From positions 1 to 64,000 of the forward strand of contig JAUCBJ010000593.1 in the NCBI GenBank assembly GCA_032718475.1: 64,000 nt of DNA, given 5' to 3'. Below, in pieces: positions 13,601 through 25,045 of this stretch (the first letter of the stretch is position 1; each line of letters starts with the position of its first letter). Position numbers and translations under genes: made by a program. Source of the DNA: Nemertoderma westbladi. Taxonomy: Eukaryota; Animalia; Xenacoelomorpha. Below the pieces are notes generated by a model that ran no database searches, was not told where the DNA came from, and saw nothing but the letters and a program-made list of their open reading frames with translations.

Positions 13601-14432
13601 TAATTAAGTTTGTTTCTGATTTAGTGATCGTTTTCTTCCTCTTTGTTTTCAACCTTCTTTTATTTATAATTTGGTGCTAATTTTTTTTAAACATACCCAA
13701 TGTTGGTAATAAAATCTCAATTCATTATATTATTTAATTATATATTTAATACTTAACTGTGTTTGTTGGTTATGTAACAGTAACGCTACCTCGACTCACA
13801 TTATTCACAATGCCTTGGAATTCCGACCAACTTATCAGTATTAAGGTGCGCCCTGTACCTCATGAGTATAGAACCCCCGACCGACACCTGAGCGATTAAC
13901 CTATAACCTCGCCTCCTCGAACTCGTTTAACTGCATTTTTAATTATTAGTAGATATACATTTTATAATTAATTAATTATTTTAGCTATTTTATAAATTAT
14001 TAATTCCATATGTTGGACTAAAGAATATAATTATTAATTCTATATATAACTGCTGTATTATTTTAGAATAATTGTAGTATACATTATTAGCAAGCGTTTT
14101 AATTGTATTTTAATCTATTATATTTGAGATTAAGCTTTTATTTTTAACATATAATTTGTTTGTATTAAATAGATTATATTTACATTATATGACATTTATG
14201 TTATGTAAAACTGTGTCGGATTTATGCTATGCGATCCGACAATACCAATTGATAATGATTTTGTTAATGGAATATCATTTTATACAGTATCTATGAAGCT
14301 ACAGTGGACATTTACATTGATTTGTTTAGTATGTGAAATAACATTGGGCAAAGGTAAGTCCTGAAAAGTCATAAAATTAGACTCCTAGTGCCTTTACACT
14401 TGTGTTGGCACTTCCTAGTAAAGCAATATAAT

Positions 14433-16572
14433 CCCCTCCATCTCCTCTATAAGGCCCCCCCTTCCATATATCCCAGTCTCCCACCTCCCTTCATCTCCTC
14501 TATAAGGTCACCCTTCCATATATCCCAGCCTCCCACCTCCCTCCACCTCCTCTATAAGGGCCCCCTTCCATATATCCCAGCCTCCCACCTCCCTTCATCT
14601 CCTCTATAAGGTCACCCTTCCATATATCCCAGCCTCCCACCTCCCTCCACCTCCTCTATAAGGGCTCTCCTTCAATATATCCCAGCATCCCACCTCCCTC
14701 CACCTCCTCTATAAGGGCCCCCTCCATATATCCCAGCCTCCCACCTCCCTTCATATCCTCTCTAAGGGCTCCCCTTCCATATATATCAGCCTCCCACCTC
14801 CCTCCATCTCCTCTATAAGGGATCCCCTTCCATATATCCCAGCCTCCCACCTCCCTTCATCTCCTCTCTAAGGGCCCCCCTTCCATATATATCAGCCTCC
14901 CACCTCCCTCCATCTCCTCTATAAGGGATCCCCTTCCATATATCCCAGCCTCCCACCTCCCTTCATCTCCTCTCTAAGGGCCCCCCTTCCATATATATCA
15001 GCCTCCCACCTCCCTCCATCTCCTCTATAAGGGATCCCCTTCCATATATCCCAGCCTCCCACCTCCCTTCATCTCCTCTCTAAGGGCCCTCCTTCCATAT
15101 ATCCCAGCCTCCCACCTCCCTCCATCTCCTCTATAAGGGATCCCCTTCCATATATCCCAGCCTCCCACCTCCCTTCATCTCCTCTCTAAGGGCCCCCCTT
15201 CCATATATATCAGCCTCCCACTTCTTTCCATCTCCTCTATAAGGGATCCCCCCCCCCCCACTTCCCTCCATCTCCTCTATAAGTCCTCTCCTTCCATATA
15301 TCCCAGCCTCCCACCTCCCACCATCTCCTCTATAAGTCCTCTCTTTCCATATACCCCAGCCTCCCACATCCCTACATCTCCTCTATAGGGGCTCCCCTTC
15401 CACCTCCCTCCATCTCCTCTATAAGGCCTCTCCTTCCATATATCTCAGCCTCCCACCTCCCTCCATCTTCTCTATAAGGTATCCCCTTCCATATATTCCA
15501 ACCGCCCACCTCCCTTCAGCTCCTCTATAAGGTCACCCTTCCATATATCCCAGCCTCCCACCTCCCTCCACCTCCTCTATAAGGGCTCTCCTTCAATATA
15601 TCCCAGCATCCCACCTCCCTCCACCTCCTCTATAAGGGCCCCCTCCATATATCCCAGTCTCCAACCACCCTCCATCTCCTCTATAAGGCCTCTCCTTCAA
15701 TATATCCCAGCCTCCCACCTCCCTCCATCTTCTCTATAAGGTATCCCCTTCCATATATCCAACCGCCCACCTCCCTTCAGCTCCTCTATAAGGTCACCCT
15801 TCCATATATCCCAGCCTCCCACCTCCCTCCACCTCCTCTATAAGGGCTCTCCTTCAATATATCCCAGCATCCCACCTCCCTCCACCTCCTCTATAAGGGC
15901 CCCCTCCATATATCCCAGTCTCCAACCTCCCTCCATCTCCTCTATAAGGCCTCTCCTTCCATATATCCCAACCTCCCACCTCCCTCCATCTCCTCTATAA
16001 GGCCTCTCCTTCCATATATATCAGCCTCCCACCTCCCTCCATCTCCTCTATAAGGCCTCTCCGCTCTACAACTTGTATTTATTAATGTAGGCCTCTCCTT
16101 CCATATATCCCAACCTCCCACCTCCCTCCATCTCCTCTATAAGGCCTCTCCTTCCATATATCCCAGCCTCCCACCTCCCTCCACCTCCTCTATAAGGGCT
16201 CTCCTTCAATATATCCCAGCATCCCACCTCCCTCCACCTCCTCTATAAGGGCCCCCTTCCATATATCCCAGTCTCCAACCACCCTCCATCTCCTCTATAA
16301 GTCCTCTCCTTCCATATATATCAGCCTCCCACCTCCGTCCATCTCCTCTATAAGGCCTCTCTGCTCTACAACTTGTATTTATTAATGTAGGCCTCTCCTT
16401 CCATATATCCCAACCTCCCACCTCCCTCCATCTCCTCTATAAGGCCTCTCCTTCCATATATCTCAGCCTCCCACCTCCCTCCATCTCCTCTATAAGGCCT
16501 CTCCGCTCTACAACTTGTATTTATTAATGTAGGCCTCTCCTTCCATATATCCCAACCTCCCACCTCCCTCCA
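14433..16572. repeat. CT-rich satellite (~52-bp unit CCTTCCATATATCCCAGCCTCCCACCTCCCTCCATCTCCTCTATAAGG..), left part
   Basis: Tandem copies; the array resumes in register after the LTR element at 31651. Confidence 0.96.
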
Positions 16573-17756
16573 TGTAAAGGCTTTTGCGTAATTAGCCGGT
16601 TATTTTCCCCGTAAAGTACTTTGTAGTTGGTTTAACAGGCATAAAAGGCCTTGTCCTTACTGTACTGTTGTTTTAGAGGACATAAAAGCCATTTCTTCTG
16701 TATGTGTACTTTAGCGGACATGATTAGCAATTTTATGACGCAATGCGCCAAATCCTCTGTAAACAGTGTAGCTACCATGACGACGGCTAACAGCTGATGC
16801 TGTATACGTGGACCTTTTCTTTGTTCTCTGTTCCTTCTTTGTTCGGTCGACCAATCAGAGCGTTTTTTGCCTCTGTGTTAGAGATTGTATATAGAAACTC
16901 GTGGAGTTGAGTCAGTATGTGATTTTGTCCACAGCCTACAACATCGGCTTTGGAACCTCCGTGTTTCAGTCTTTAGTCCAACATTAGTAGGCTTAATTAT
17001 AGAACATATATCCATTATCTCACTCACTTAACTAATCATACATAACATATCATATCTCAATAATCATAACTTACTCATTCATAACTTAACATTGTACTGC
17101 TATTTACTGTCGTTTATTCATTATTTGTTGATGGAATATTATATTTGGAATACTGATAAATAATCAGACACCCCAATCTTCTTGATATACTAAAGGTTAG
17201 AGAGACCGGTTACATATAACGATTGCGACTTACATTAAGTGGTTTGAAGTGAATCTAATGCTATTTTATTGGCCCTACACGTATTGTCTGTTGTTCTCCT
17301 TATATGTGACTAAAATTAGTGAAGGTCAGCAGATTGGTGTGCAACATTGTGCAGTATTGTGTATGATCGTGATTGATAACGAAGCATCTCCTAAAGAATG
17401 CGCCATATACGTGAATCTATAGCCATCCCGTTGTGTCTAGTTTAAGTCATAACTCTGTTTATATATTTAGAGCGCCACGTCCTAAAGGAACTGTTAATAT
17501 TTCCCGAAAGTGAATAATATTTGTCAGAGATTATATATATTACGATCAGTCGAATAATACAGTAGGCCTACCCCGCAATACGGTTAGGCTTCCGAATCCA
17601 ATCTCCCGGGTATATCCAGCGGGTGAATGATCGCGCATAGACTGGTTTCGGTTAATGTAGTGTATCAAATACTTGTCATAGGCTAAAGACTATCTATCAT
17701 CTAAAAGACATCCCAATTTGGCAGGTTAAACTGCTAAAGGTCTGAAAGCGCAAACA
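16573..17756 (+). repeat. 5' LTR (1184 bp)
   Basis: TGTAAAGGC...GCGCAAACA. Differs from the 3' LTR by about 14 substitutions and 1 indel (counted by eye). Confidence 0.95.
16851..16862 (+). promoter_or_regulatory. Candidate LTR CCAAT box (CCAATCAGAGCG)
   Basis: Conserved in the diverged sister LTR (403..414) within an otherwise poorly conserved U3; TATA-like GTATATAGAAA lies ~35 bp downstream. Confidence 0.4.
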
Positions 17757-18164
17757 ATAACAGATATAAAGTTCGGATTGCAGGGTAGGCAATAAATACA
17801 GTTTAATATTGTTCTGGTAAGAACAATAACAGATAACTACGTACAATCAGAGGATATAGTTGTCTATTGTTCTGGTAAGAACAATAACAGATATAGCTTC
17901 TGTATTGCAGTAGGCAATAAAGCTGAAGTACCGGTTAACCGGTACCTAGTAGGCCTGACTACCTAACTACCCGGACCGGTACCTACAGCAGTACAGGTAC
18001 AGCAGTATTATTCGATTGTGAAATTGTATACCGGTAGGCTGTTTAAGAGATTAGGGACTGTACACCCCTTGTTTCTTTTGGAGCTTACTTATTTCTGTCA
18101 GTTTTATTTATTTGTAGGCCAGTATTGAGCAGAAGGCGTGTAAGCCTGCTCAGATTGTACAGAC

Positions 18165-18730
18165 AATTTGTAGGCTAGACTGTTGTCTGACTGTTGTTAG
18201 GTCTGAAGAGACTGTAGTGTGTGTAGAGCATATGTCCGAAAAAGTATTAGTTAGGAAAGTAGGGGCTGCCAGTGCTGTGAGGTGGACCCCCTCGAAAGAA
18301 TAAGTCGTACTACTCGGTTAGAACGCATACTAACTAACCATTTCGGAGTTTGCATATACTGTAGTGTATTTAGGCTTGATAGTAGTCTGCCAGCGTTTTC
18401 TGTACTTTGTTTGTGTAGTTTGTACGGGTAGCGTAATATTTCTTACTTAGATAATTTGTAGGCTGGATTTTGTCTGGCTGTTGTTAGGTCTTGAGAGATT
18501 TCGGTGTGTGTAGAGTGTATGTCCGATAAAGTGCCAGTTGGGAACGTAGGGGCTTCCAGAGCTGTGAGGTAAACCCCCTCGAAAGAATAAGTCGTCCTAC
18601 TAGGTTAGAACGCATACTAACTAACCATTTCGGAGTCTGCATATACCATAGTTTGTTTGGGCTTGATAGTAGTCTGTCAGTATTTGGTCTGCATTTTGTT
18701 TGAGTAGTCTGTACGCGTAGCGTAATATTT
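18165..18730 (+). repeat. Tandem ~288-bp duplication in the element's 5' leader (18165..18441 and 18453..18730)
   Basis: Two diverged copies sharing e.g. CCCCCTCGAAAGAATAAGTCGT and GGTTAGAACGCATACTAACTAACCATTTCGGAGT. Confidence 0.9.
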
Positions 18731-19937
18731 ATTATTCAGAGTTTATGCGATTATTCGCAACATTCATATCCCCAAGTTTATTCCTACAGTAATTGTGCTT
18801 GTTATATATACCGTTATAGTTAAACTAACCCCGGTACTACATCAGGGCTGCTTGGCGTAGGTAAAGACTGGAGATTTTGTGCTTTGGTCACTCTGGCAGA
18901 TACCGTGGTTCTTTTAGCTGTTCAAGTATTTTAACTACTAATTATATTTGTTGTATAAGTACTTGTACCTAATTTAGGGTTTAGTGTACAGTACTTTCCG
19001 AAGGTGATTAGTGTGTAGGCAGTATATTTGTGTTGTAAAGTGGTTAATAGGCACGTTGGTTCTGGTAGACCGCGGTAATTAACTTCTAGGTAGGAACACT
19101 CCGTGATACATAACGTAGTACTTATAGCGATATGGCTATAAGTCGTCAGACGGTGGTATTTTCCTATCTGGACAACGCAGTATATTTACTACTACTTATT
19201 ATTTTCAAATACCGTAGTACCCTGTCCTTTGTAATAACCAGATATTCTAACCCTTTGTTAGGCTGGTTAGTAGACTTCTTGTAAAATTACCCTAAAAATT
19301 CGTACTTGTAAATTTTTGTGTTTATTTAGAGATTGTAATCTCACCCCGAATTGTATGTAATTTGTAGTATTAAGTAACTTAGGTAAATTAGAATTATTTG
19401 TTTTAGTGTCCAACAAGTAGCACTTCACTGAGAGCACACAGCTTCTGTGTAGTGACTCCCCCAGAAATAATAACATTTATTTCAAATATTGACAAAAACC
19501 CATTTTAACGGGTATATATATTATAAATCAACTCAAACCGATTTATAAAATAGTAGGCCTGTCATACAACAATTAGGTCTAAATATCAGTTGGACTACTG
19601 CTTAAATAATGGTAATAAAGTAAGTTAAAGTAACCAAGTAACCCTAAAATTCAGAAATTCAGTTATTCTAAAATAATTGACATACCGGTATTCACGATAG
19701 GCCTATTATATATTTATAAATTTAGGCTGAAATTATACCGGTATTCTGTAATTAATTCTAGTTCATAATTATACTTATATATACTATAAGCATACCGGTA
19801 TTCTAATATATTATATATATATCACGCTACACTGAGTAGCAGTATCGGTAATTAATTACTAGGCTAACAGTGATACTGAATTACTAGACTTGCTTAAACT
19901 GTAATAGAGCAGTAGGCATTCAACTGTACAAACAAAC

Positions 19938-22900
19938 ATGTCTGACACTAAACAAAACCTGTCGGACAGTCTCCTAGATACAACCATCTGTGACCCAGAC
20001 AGGAGTGTGGAACGTGAGAGACCGAAGTTCAATTCACATCCTACTGTAAGAAAGATCATCCCTCCAGTAGTAATATCAGACCCTAGGCTGGTCCAACACC
20101 GTAGGTCTATCATAGGCACTCGAGCTCAGGTCAAGCGGGACCAAGAAGCAGCGGAACCGCAACAACCCGCGAGCCAAGAACTTATTTCTCAACGGCCCGA
20201 CAGCTCCAGTAGTGCGGACACTGTAGAGCTGACACCCGAGCACGGAGCAAAGATGACAGATGCGGTTTATTCGGACCCCCTTCTCATCCTTCCTGCAGCC
20301 GTACTCACTAGGTTATTGATTGCGGTGGAAGAACACCAGATCGATTGGGCGAGAAATAAGCGATCGACTAAAGATAGTTATGCGGGATACACAAGGGAAG
20401 AACTGAAGTCTATTGTCGAGTCGCAATGGAACTTCCCCGGACCCGGACTCCCGTTTGATTTATCAGAAGCTGCCTGGGAAGACATACACAGGATGGGAGT
20501 AACCAAGGAAACCATCGATCCAGCTGTGTGGAAGAGGTCCGCAGCCGGATACGCACAGGGATTCTTCAGCTCTATGGACCGATTAAAAGAACAACTGTTT
20601 CAACAACCCCAAGGACCTCAAGAGCAGGGACAGCTGCTTTATCAAGTTAGAGAAAGAATTCTACGAATCAGGCTAATCTTATCGGCCTTTGAGGAGGCTT
20701 CTAAAAGAAGACAAGACACGTCGTTGCAAGTTGTCGTAAAGACTTGGTTTCAACGGGTGAGTCTCCAGGATCAAGGAACGGCTCAGTGGAAAGCTCAGCT
20801 GGAGGAGCGCTCAACCCATGGAGAATCAACAGACGCTACTTTTTCCCAAGTGGAAAGTGAAGCGACGGCAGAGAAACCGCATAAGAGGGATGCCATTGAC
20901 ATCTATCTGTCAGACTATCAGCGCTTTTTAGGAGATGAAGAGTTGAGGAGAAGGTTAGATGGACTTAGCCCTAATAGTGAAGGAACCCAGCGTGTGTTGG
21001 ACGCCATCGATGTGGATATGAGAGCTGCGAACCAAGCTAGATTTGATGAACGCCTTCGCATCACTAGAGTCCAAGAAGAACAAGTGAAGAAAAAACGTAT
21101 AGAAGACAGAAAGGCAGCGGCAGCAGCAGTGGCAGCTGCAGAAGCAGAAAGAAAAGCGGCAGTAGCAGCGGCAGAGGCAGAGGCGGAAAGAAAAGCGGCA
21201 GCGGCAGAAGCGGAAAGAAAGGCGGCAGTGGCAGCGGCCGAAGCGGAAAGAAAAGCGGCAGAGGCAGTGGCAGAAGCAGAACGGAGAGCGGCTGAAGAAA
21301 CCACCCAATTAGAATTGGAAAACATTCAGGAGAATCAAGACTGCATAAATAAACAGTTAACAGCTAGTAATATGCAGATGATGAATCGATCTACTCCCAA
21401 AAGACAGGGATATACATCATCTGAGGAAGGCGATACCACCGATACTGAAGGCAAAGGAAATAGATCTCGTCTAAGCAGACGTAGAAGAACATCCCACCGT
21501 CAGAAATTGCCTGATTTGCCTCCAGCTGTTAGAAGGCAACTAAATAACACAAACTTAGGTAGTACAGAACCCACAGACCAAATAATTAAAATAGAAAGAC
21601 TCCCTACTATAGTAGATGAGCCTGAAATAATTAGGCCTGTTCCCGAAGCCACCCCTTCGGTGGTAGAGACACCTGTACTCCCTGAACCTACCTCTAAATT
21701 CCCTCTGCACAGCACTAAGCTACCTGTGCCCAGCAGAACAGCCCATGAGACAATCCATGTCCTGGACTCCGAGCGAAATATTAATGATTTGTCGCCCGTT
21801 GTCCCTCGTCCGCCCGCTACAACGTTGGCGGCTCCCTCTTCGGCGGTCGAGTGGGTGGATGAGAGACGATGGGGGATGGATCTCCTGCTCGGGCAGATGC
21901 AGGAGACCGTTCAAAAATTCAAGGGCACAGTAAGGGAAAGTAGGTTAGAGTTGCAAGAAGTGCAGCAAAGTATCGCGCTAGAACGCGATAAATTAGTAAA
22001 TACACAAAAGGGTATACCACCACCCCCTGTAACAATGTGTCAACCTGTTAGGTCTGAAGTGTTTCATGCGCAAGGTGTGGAGCCTACACGCATCTATACT
22101 GCTAGTGAAGTAGAAACTCCTATAGTAAACCCTATTAAGGGTAATTATAAACCTGTTGATAATGATATTCCCTATAGACCTGATCATAATCCGAGAAATT
22201 TATATACCGATAACTCGATATTAAATAACACGATGGCCCAAGAAAGTTTTACGCGTCAAATGGCTAGAACCGAAGCCCGTCAAGCGGTAAAGGTGGGAGA
22301 GATAGTCAAGTTCAATGGAGATGAGATGAAATGGTTACCTTTTAATGAATATTATAAAGATAACATACAGAACTCTGTACTATCTAATGGAGAGAAACTT
22401 AGATTCCTCATCGAGTGCTTGGAAGGAACTCCCAAGTTAATGGCGTTAAAGATTATTGGACATCCCGATGGATTAAGACAAGTTTGGGATACCCTAAACA
22501 TCAGGTATGGTAATAGGACTAACATAGCTAGGTATTTATATGCAAAATTAATGGCGCCCCGAAAGTTTCTTAGCAGCGGGATTATAGAGTTTTCCGACGA
22601 GATTCAGGAGATCTGTAGACAACTAGATTGGTTAGGTAAGTCTCATGAATACCAGAATTCTATGGTTGTAGGAGCCTTAGTATCTAATTTGCCCAAGGGC
22701 GGAGTAGGTACACGCTGGGACAAGACAGTGTTATACATGATGGAACAACAACGAAGAGATCCTACCATGGCTGATCTCATGTCATTCTTAGATGGAGAAG
22801 TGAAATTGCAGCTCCTAAAGCAGTCCAGAGAGAAGACACCGGAAAACAAGGTAAGTGAGAAACCCGTTTCTAGGAAAAAGGTAATACCAGTGTGTTATAC

Positions 22901-24515
22901 AGACGACGGCGAAAGCCAGGCTTCTCAAGAGGAAGACAACGGGAAAGACACTGAAAGATCTTACTATGACAACAAAGCGCTTAAGGACGTAAGTAAATTC
23001 AAGTCTCGAACCAATGACAGGAGAGAACAGGTAAGAAAAACTCCTCCTACGTCTCCTAAGAGAATTCATGTAAGAAAGCCCGAGGAAAGAACGAGTGTGC
23101 ACAACGTTACCCAAAGTAAGGTAAGTAACATCAAACCAAAATGTGTGCTGTGTGACGGGCCCCACCGTTTAAGTGTGTGTGATGAATTCCTAAGGAAATC
23201 ACTAAAGGATAGACGGAAAGTCATGTGGGATAAGCGGTTGTGTTATAATTGCCTCAGACGAGGACACCAACGGCGAACCTGTTACTCCGACGCAAGTAAG
23301 GTAAGTGAGGTAAGTGAGTCCGAACTACATGTCCAATTCAGTGATGTGAACGACACTGACCAAAGTTCTGAGATGGAAGGATTCTATACGGACGAATTCT
23401 CAGACGAAAACGAATCCTGTTACTTAATAAATACCGCAGTGTATCGAGCACTTACGTATGAGAAGGAAACCAACAGTGAGCTCCCCGTAATTACTTCTGA
23501 TCGACAACCATCTTGGAAAGCGCCAACTTCCAATGTAGGAATCCGAGAATTTCCTGTAGTACAGTTAAGGGTCCACGGACCTAAAAGGAGTTATATAGTG
23601 AACGCCCTCCTTGACTCCGGTAGCACAGGAACATTCATCGACAAAGAACTAGCCGAAGACATCTTTGCTGGACAACCCAAGTTCCGAACTAAGCTAAACA
23701 TGTCAGGAATTATGCAGGTTTGGAAATCTACCGTAATAGCGGATTATTATGTAGGCGCGTTGTCCACCCCCCAGGATGAACTAGGAGAACACAGCATAAG
23801 GTCAGTAAAAATGGTCGCGATAAAGAACTTCGCTACCAGCCAAGTGGAACCTTATAACTGGGATGAGGACGATTTCACCCAGCAGCTTGAAATACCTAGA
23901 TTCAACACCGATTACCCTGGAGTCCAAATACTCATCGGTCAAAATGCGCATGAAGCGCTCGAGACATTGGAGAAACGGCCTGCTCAACCGCAACCACTAC
24001 AAGCTTATGCGGGAAGAACTAGAGTGGGTTGGTACTTTACTGGCCCTTCCCGTAGAACTCTCATGGAAAGATTACCGAAAGATCAGGTATATCAATTAAG
24101 TGAACGGGAAGTGGAGAGCAGTGAAGTTGACGACCCAACTGAGGGAACACCATACTCCTCAGATAATGACGATATCCACTCCAATGTAGATCAATGGAGA
24201 CATTGCCCCGAGACGATTAATCTAGCCGACATCGCCTCCAGAGGAGCAACTCCTCAAGAACTGACAGATACTCCAGACTGGTTAGGTGAACCCGACTTCC
24301 TAAGTAAAGAAGATGAATGGCCTCCCCACCTTAACCCGGCTGAGATTAGACAGGCCAAGGGAGCGGAGAAAGTAACACAACCACTCAATCGCCCAGCTGG
24401 TCGTTTATGTTTACTGGAAAGAGACCGAAAACTGTCCAGAAACTATGGAAGGCAAGATACTCTTCCCACGACCACCTCCCTAATCCAACAAATATCTAGG
24501 GACTCCATAACGTAA
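19938..24515 (+). CDS. gag-pro: BEL/Pao Gag-protease polyprotein with RT, most of RNase H and integrase deleted in frame (1525 aa)
   Basis: DUF1759-like Gag core (FNGDEMKWLPF..EKLRFLIECLEG). Zinc knuckles CVLCDGPHRLSVC and CYNCLRRGHQRRTC. Aspartic protease ALLDSGS..ILIG..TRVGWYFTGP. Then the Pao RNase H tail QWRHCPETINLADIASRG..W.GEPDFL..WP and the integrase C-terminal remnant RPAGRLCLLE. No YxDD RT motif. Confidence 0.92.
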   Translation: MSDTKQNLSDSLLDTTICDPDRSVERERPKFNSHPTVRKIIPPVVISDPRLVQHRRSIIGTRAQVKRDQEAAEPQQPASQELISQRPDSSSSADTVELTPEHGAKMTDAVYSDPLLILPAAVLTRLLIAVEEHQIDWARNKRSTKDSYAGYTREELKSIVESQWNFPGPGLPFDLSEAAWEDIHRMGVTKETIDPAVWKRSAAGYAQGFFSSMDRLKEQLFQQPQGPQEQGQLLYQVRERILRIRLILSAFEEASKRRQDTSLQVVVKTWFQRVSLQDQGTAQWKAQLEERSTHGESTDATFSQVESEATAEKPHKRDAIDIYLSDYQRFLGDEELRRRLDGLSPNSEGTQRVLDAIDVDMRAANQARFDERLRITRVQEEQVKKKRIEDRKAAAAAVAAAEAERKAAVAAAEAEAERKAAAAEAERKAAVAAAEAERKAAEAVAEAERRAAEETTQLELENIQENQDCINKQLTASNMQMMNRSTPKRQGYTSSEEGDTTDTEGKGNRSRLSRRRRTSHRQKLPDLPPAVRRQLNNTNLGSTEPTDQIIKIERLPTIVDEPEIIRPVPEATPSVVETPVLPEPTSKFPLHSTKLPVPSRTAHETIHVLDSERNINDLSPVVPRPPATTLAAPSSAVEWVDERRWGMDLLLGQMQETVQKFKGTVRESRLELQEVQQSIALERDKLVNTQKGIPPPPVTMCQPVRSEVFHAQGVEPTRIYTASEVETPIVNPIKGNYKPVDNDIPYRPDHNPRNLYTDNSILNNTMAQESFTRQMARTEARQAVKVGEIVKFNGDEMKWLPFNEYYKDNIQNSVLSNGEKLRFLIECLEGTPKLMALKIIGHPDGLRQVWDTLNIRYGNRTNIARYLYAKLMAPRKFLSSGIIEFSDEIQEICRQLDWLGKSHEYQNSMVVGALVSNLPKGGVGTRWDKTVLYMMEQQRRDPTMADLMSFLDGEVKLQLLKQSREKTPENKVSEKPVSRKKVIPVCYTDDGESQASQEEDNGKDTERSYYDNKALKDVSKFKSRTNDRREQVRKTPPTSPKRIHVRKPEERTSVHNVTQSKVSNIKPKCVLCDGPHRLSVCDEFLRKSLKDRRKVMWDKRLCYNCLRRGHQRRTCYSDASKVSEVSESELHVQFSDVNDTDQSSEMEGFYTDEFSDENESCYLINTAVYRALTYEKETNSELPVITSDRQPSWKAPTSNVGIREFPVVQLRVHGPKRSYIVNALLDSGSTGTFIDKELAEDIFAGQPKFRTKLNMSGIMQVWKSTVIADYYVGALSTPQDELGEHSIRSVKMVAIKNFATSQVEPYNWDEDDFTQQLEIPRFNTDYPGVQILIGQNAHEALETLEKRPAQPQPLQAYAGRTRVGWYFTGPSRRTLMERLPKDQVYQLSEREVESSEVDDPTEGTPYSSDNDDIHSNVDQWRHCPETINLADIASRGATPQELTDTPDWLGEPDFLSKEDEWPPHLNPAEIRQAKGAEKVTQPLNRPAGRLCLLERDRKLSRNYGRQDTLPTTTSLIQQISRDSIT

Positions 24516-25045
24516 CAACATACGGAGTGGGTGTGTGACTATATTATTTTATATTTATTTTATATTATGTATGTATTATTATGTAATTTTATTATAATCG
24601 TTTTCTTTAATTTTATTTAGTAGAATGTTATTTTAGCGATTATTTAGTAGATTAGTGCAATATATATTCGCGTTTATTACTTAATTACTTATATATTATA
24701 TATTTAGTGCGACGGCGAGAAATAATTCTTTTTCTCTTTCCTTACTGTCCGTATTACATTATAAATACGTGACTACAGTAAGATGAAATATCCGTACTTA
24801 TTAAAGTACAATAAAGCTCCTACTATATTCAAGTATTATTGGTAAGCAGGTATTAGGAATGCAAAGTTCAGATCCTCGTGTCTCGGCTAAACCAAGCTCT
24901 GGGTAGACCTTGGAAACGACTTGCCTCTTCTCACTGACATTGCTTCGTGCGATATTGCTCTCATACCGTATATTGAATAATACATATAGTAGCGTGATGT
25001 CCCTTTAACAGTAGCGTAAAACGCAAAATAAATCTGTTAAACCCT

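Noticed and set aside
10493-13680. Three ~1,000-aa plus-strand ORFs, and a CRISPR-like look (constant core plus variable segment)
   Set aside because: These are satellite translations. The variable parts are a few recurring 13-16-nt variants of one sequence rather than unique spacers, there are no cas genes, and the context is eukaryotic.
18275-18300. Hammerhead-ribozyme-like CTGTGAGG..CCTCGAAA in both leader repeats (also CTGACGA at ~9038 and ~59766)
   Set aside because: The core is CUGUGA, not CUGANGA, and I could not build stems I/III with a cleavage triplet. The CTGACGA sites lack a stem II plus GAAA.
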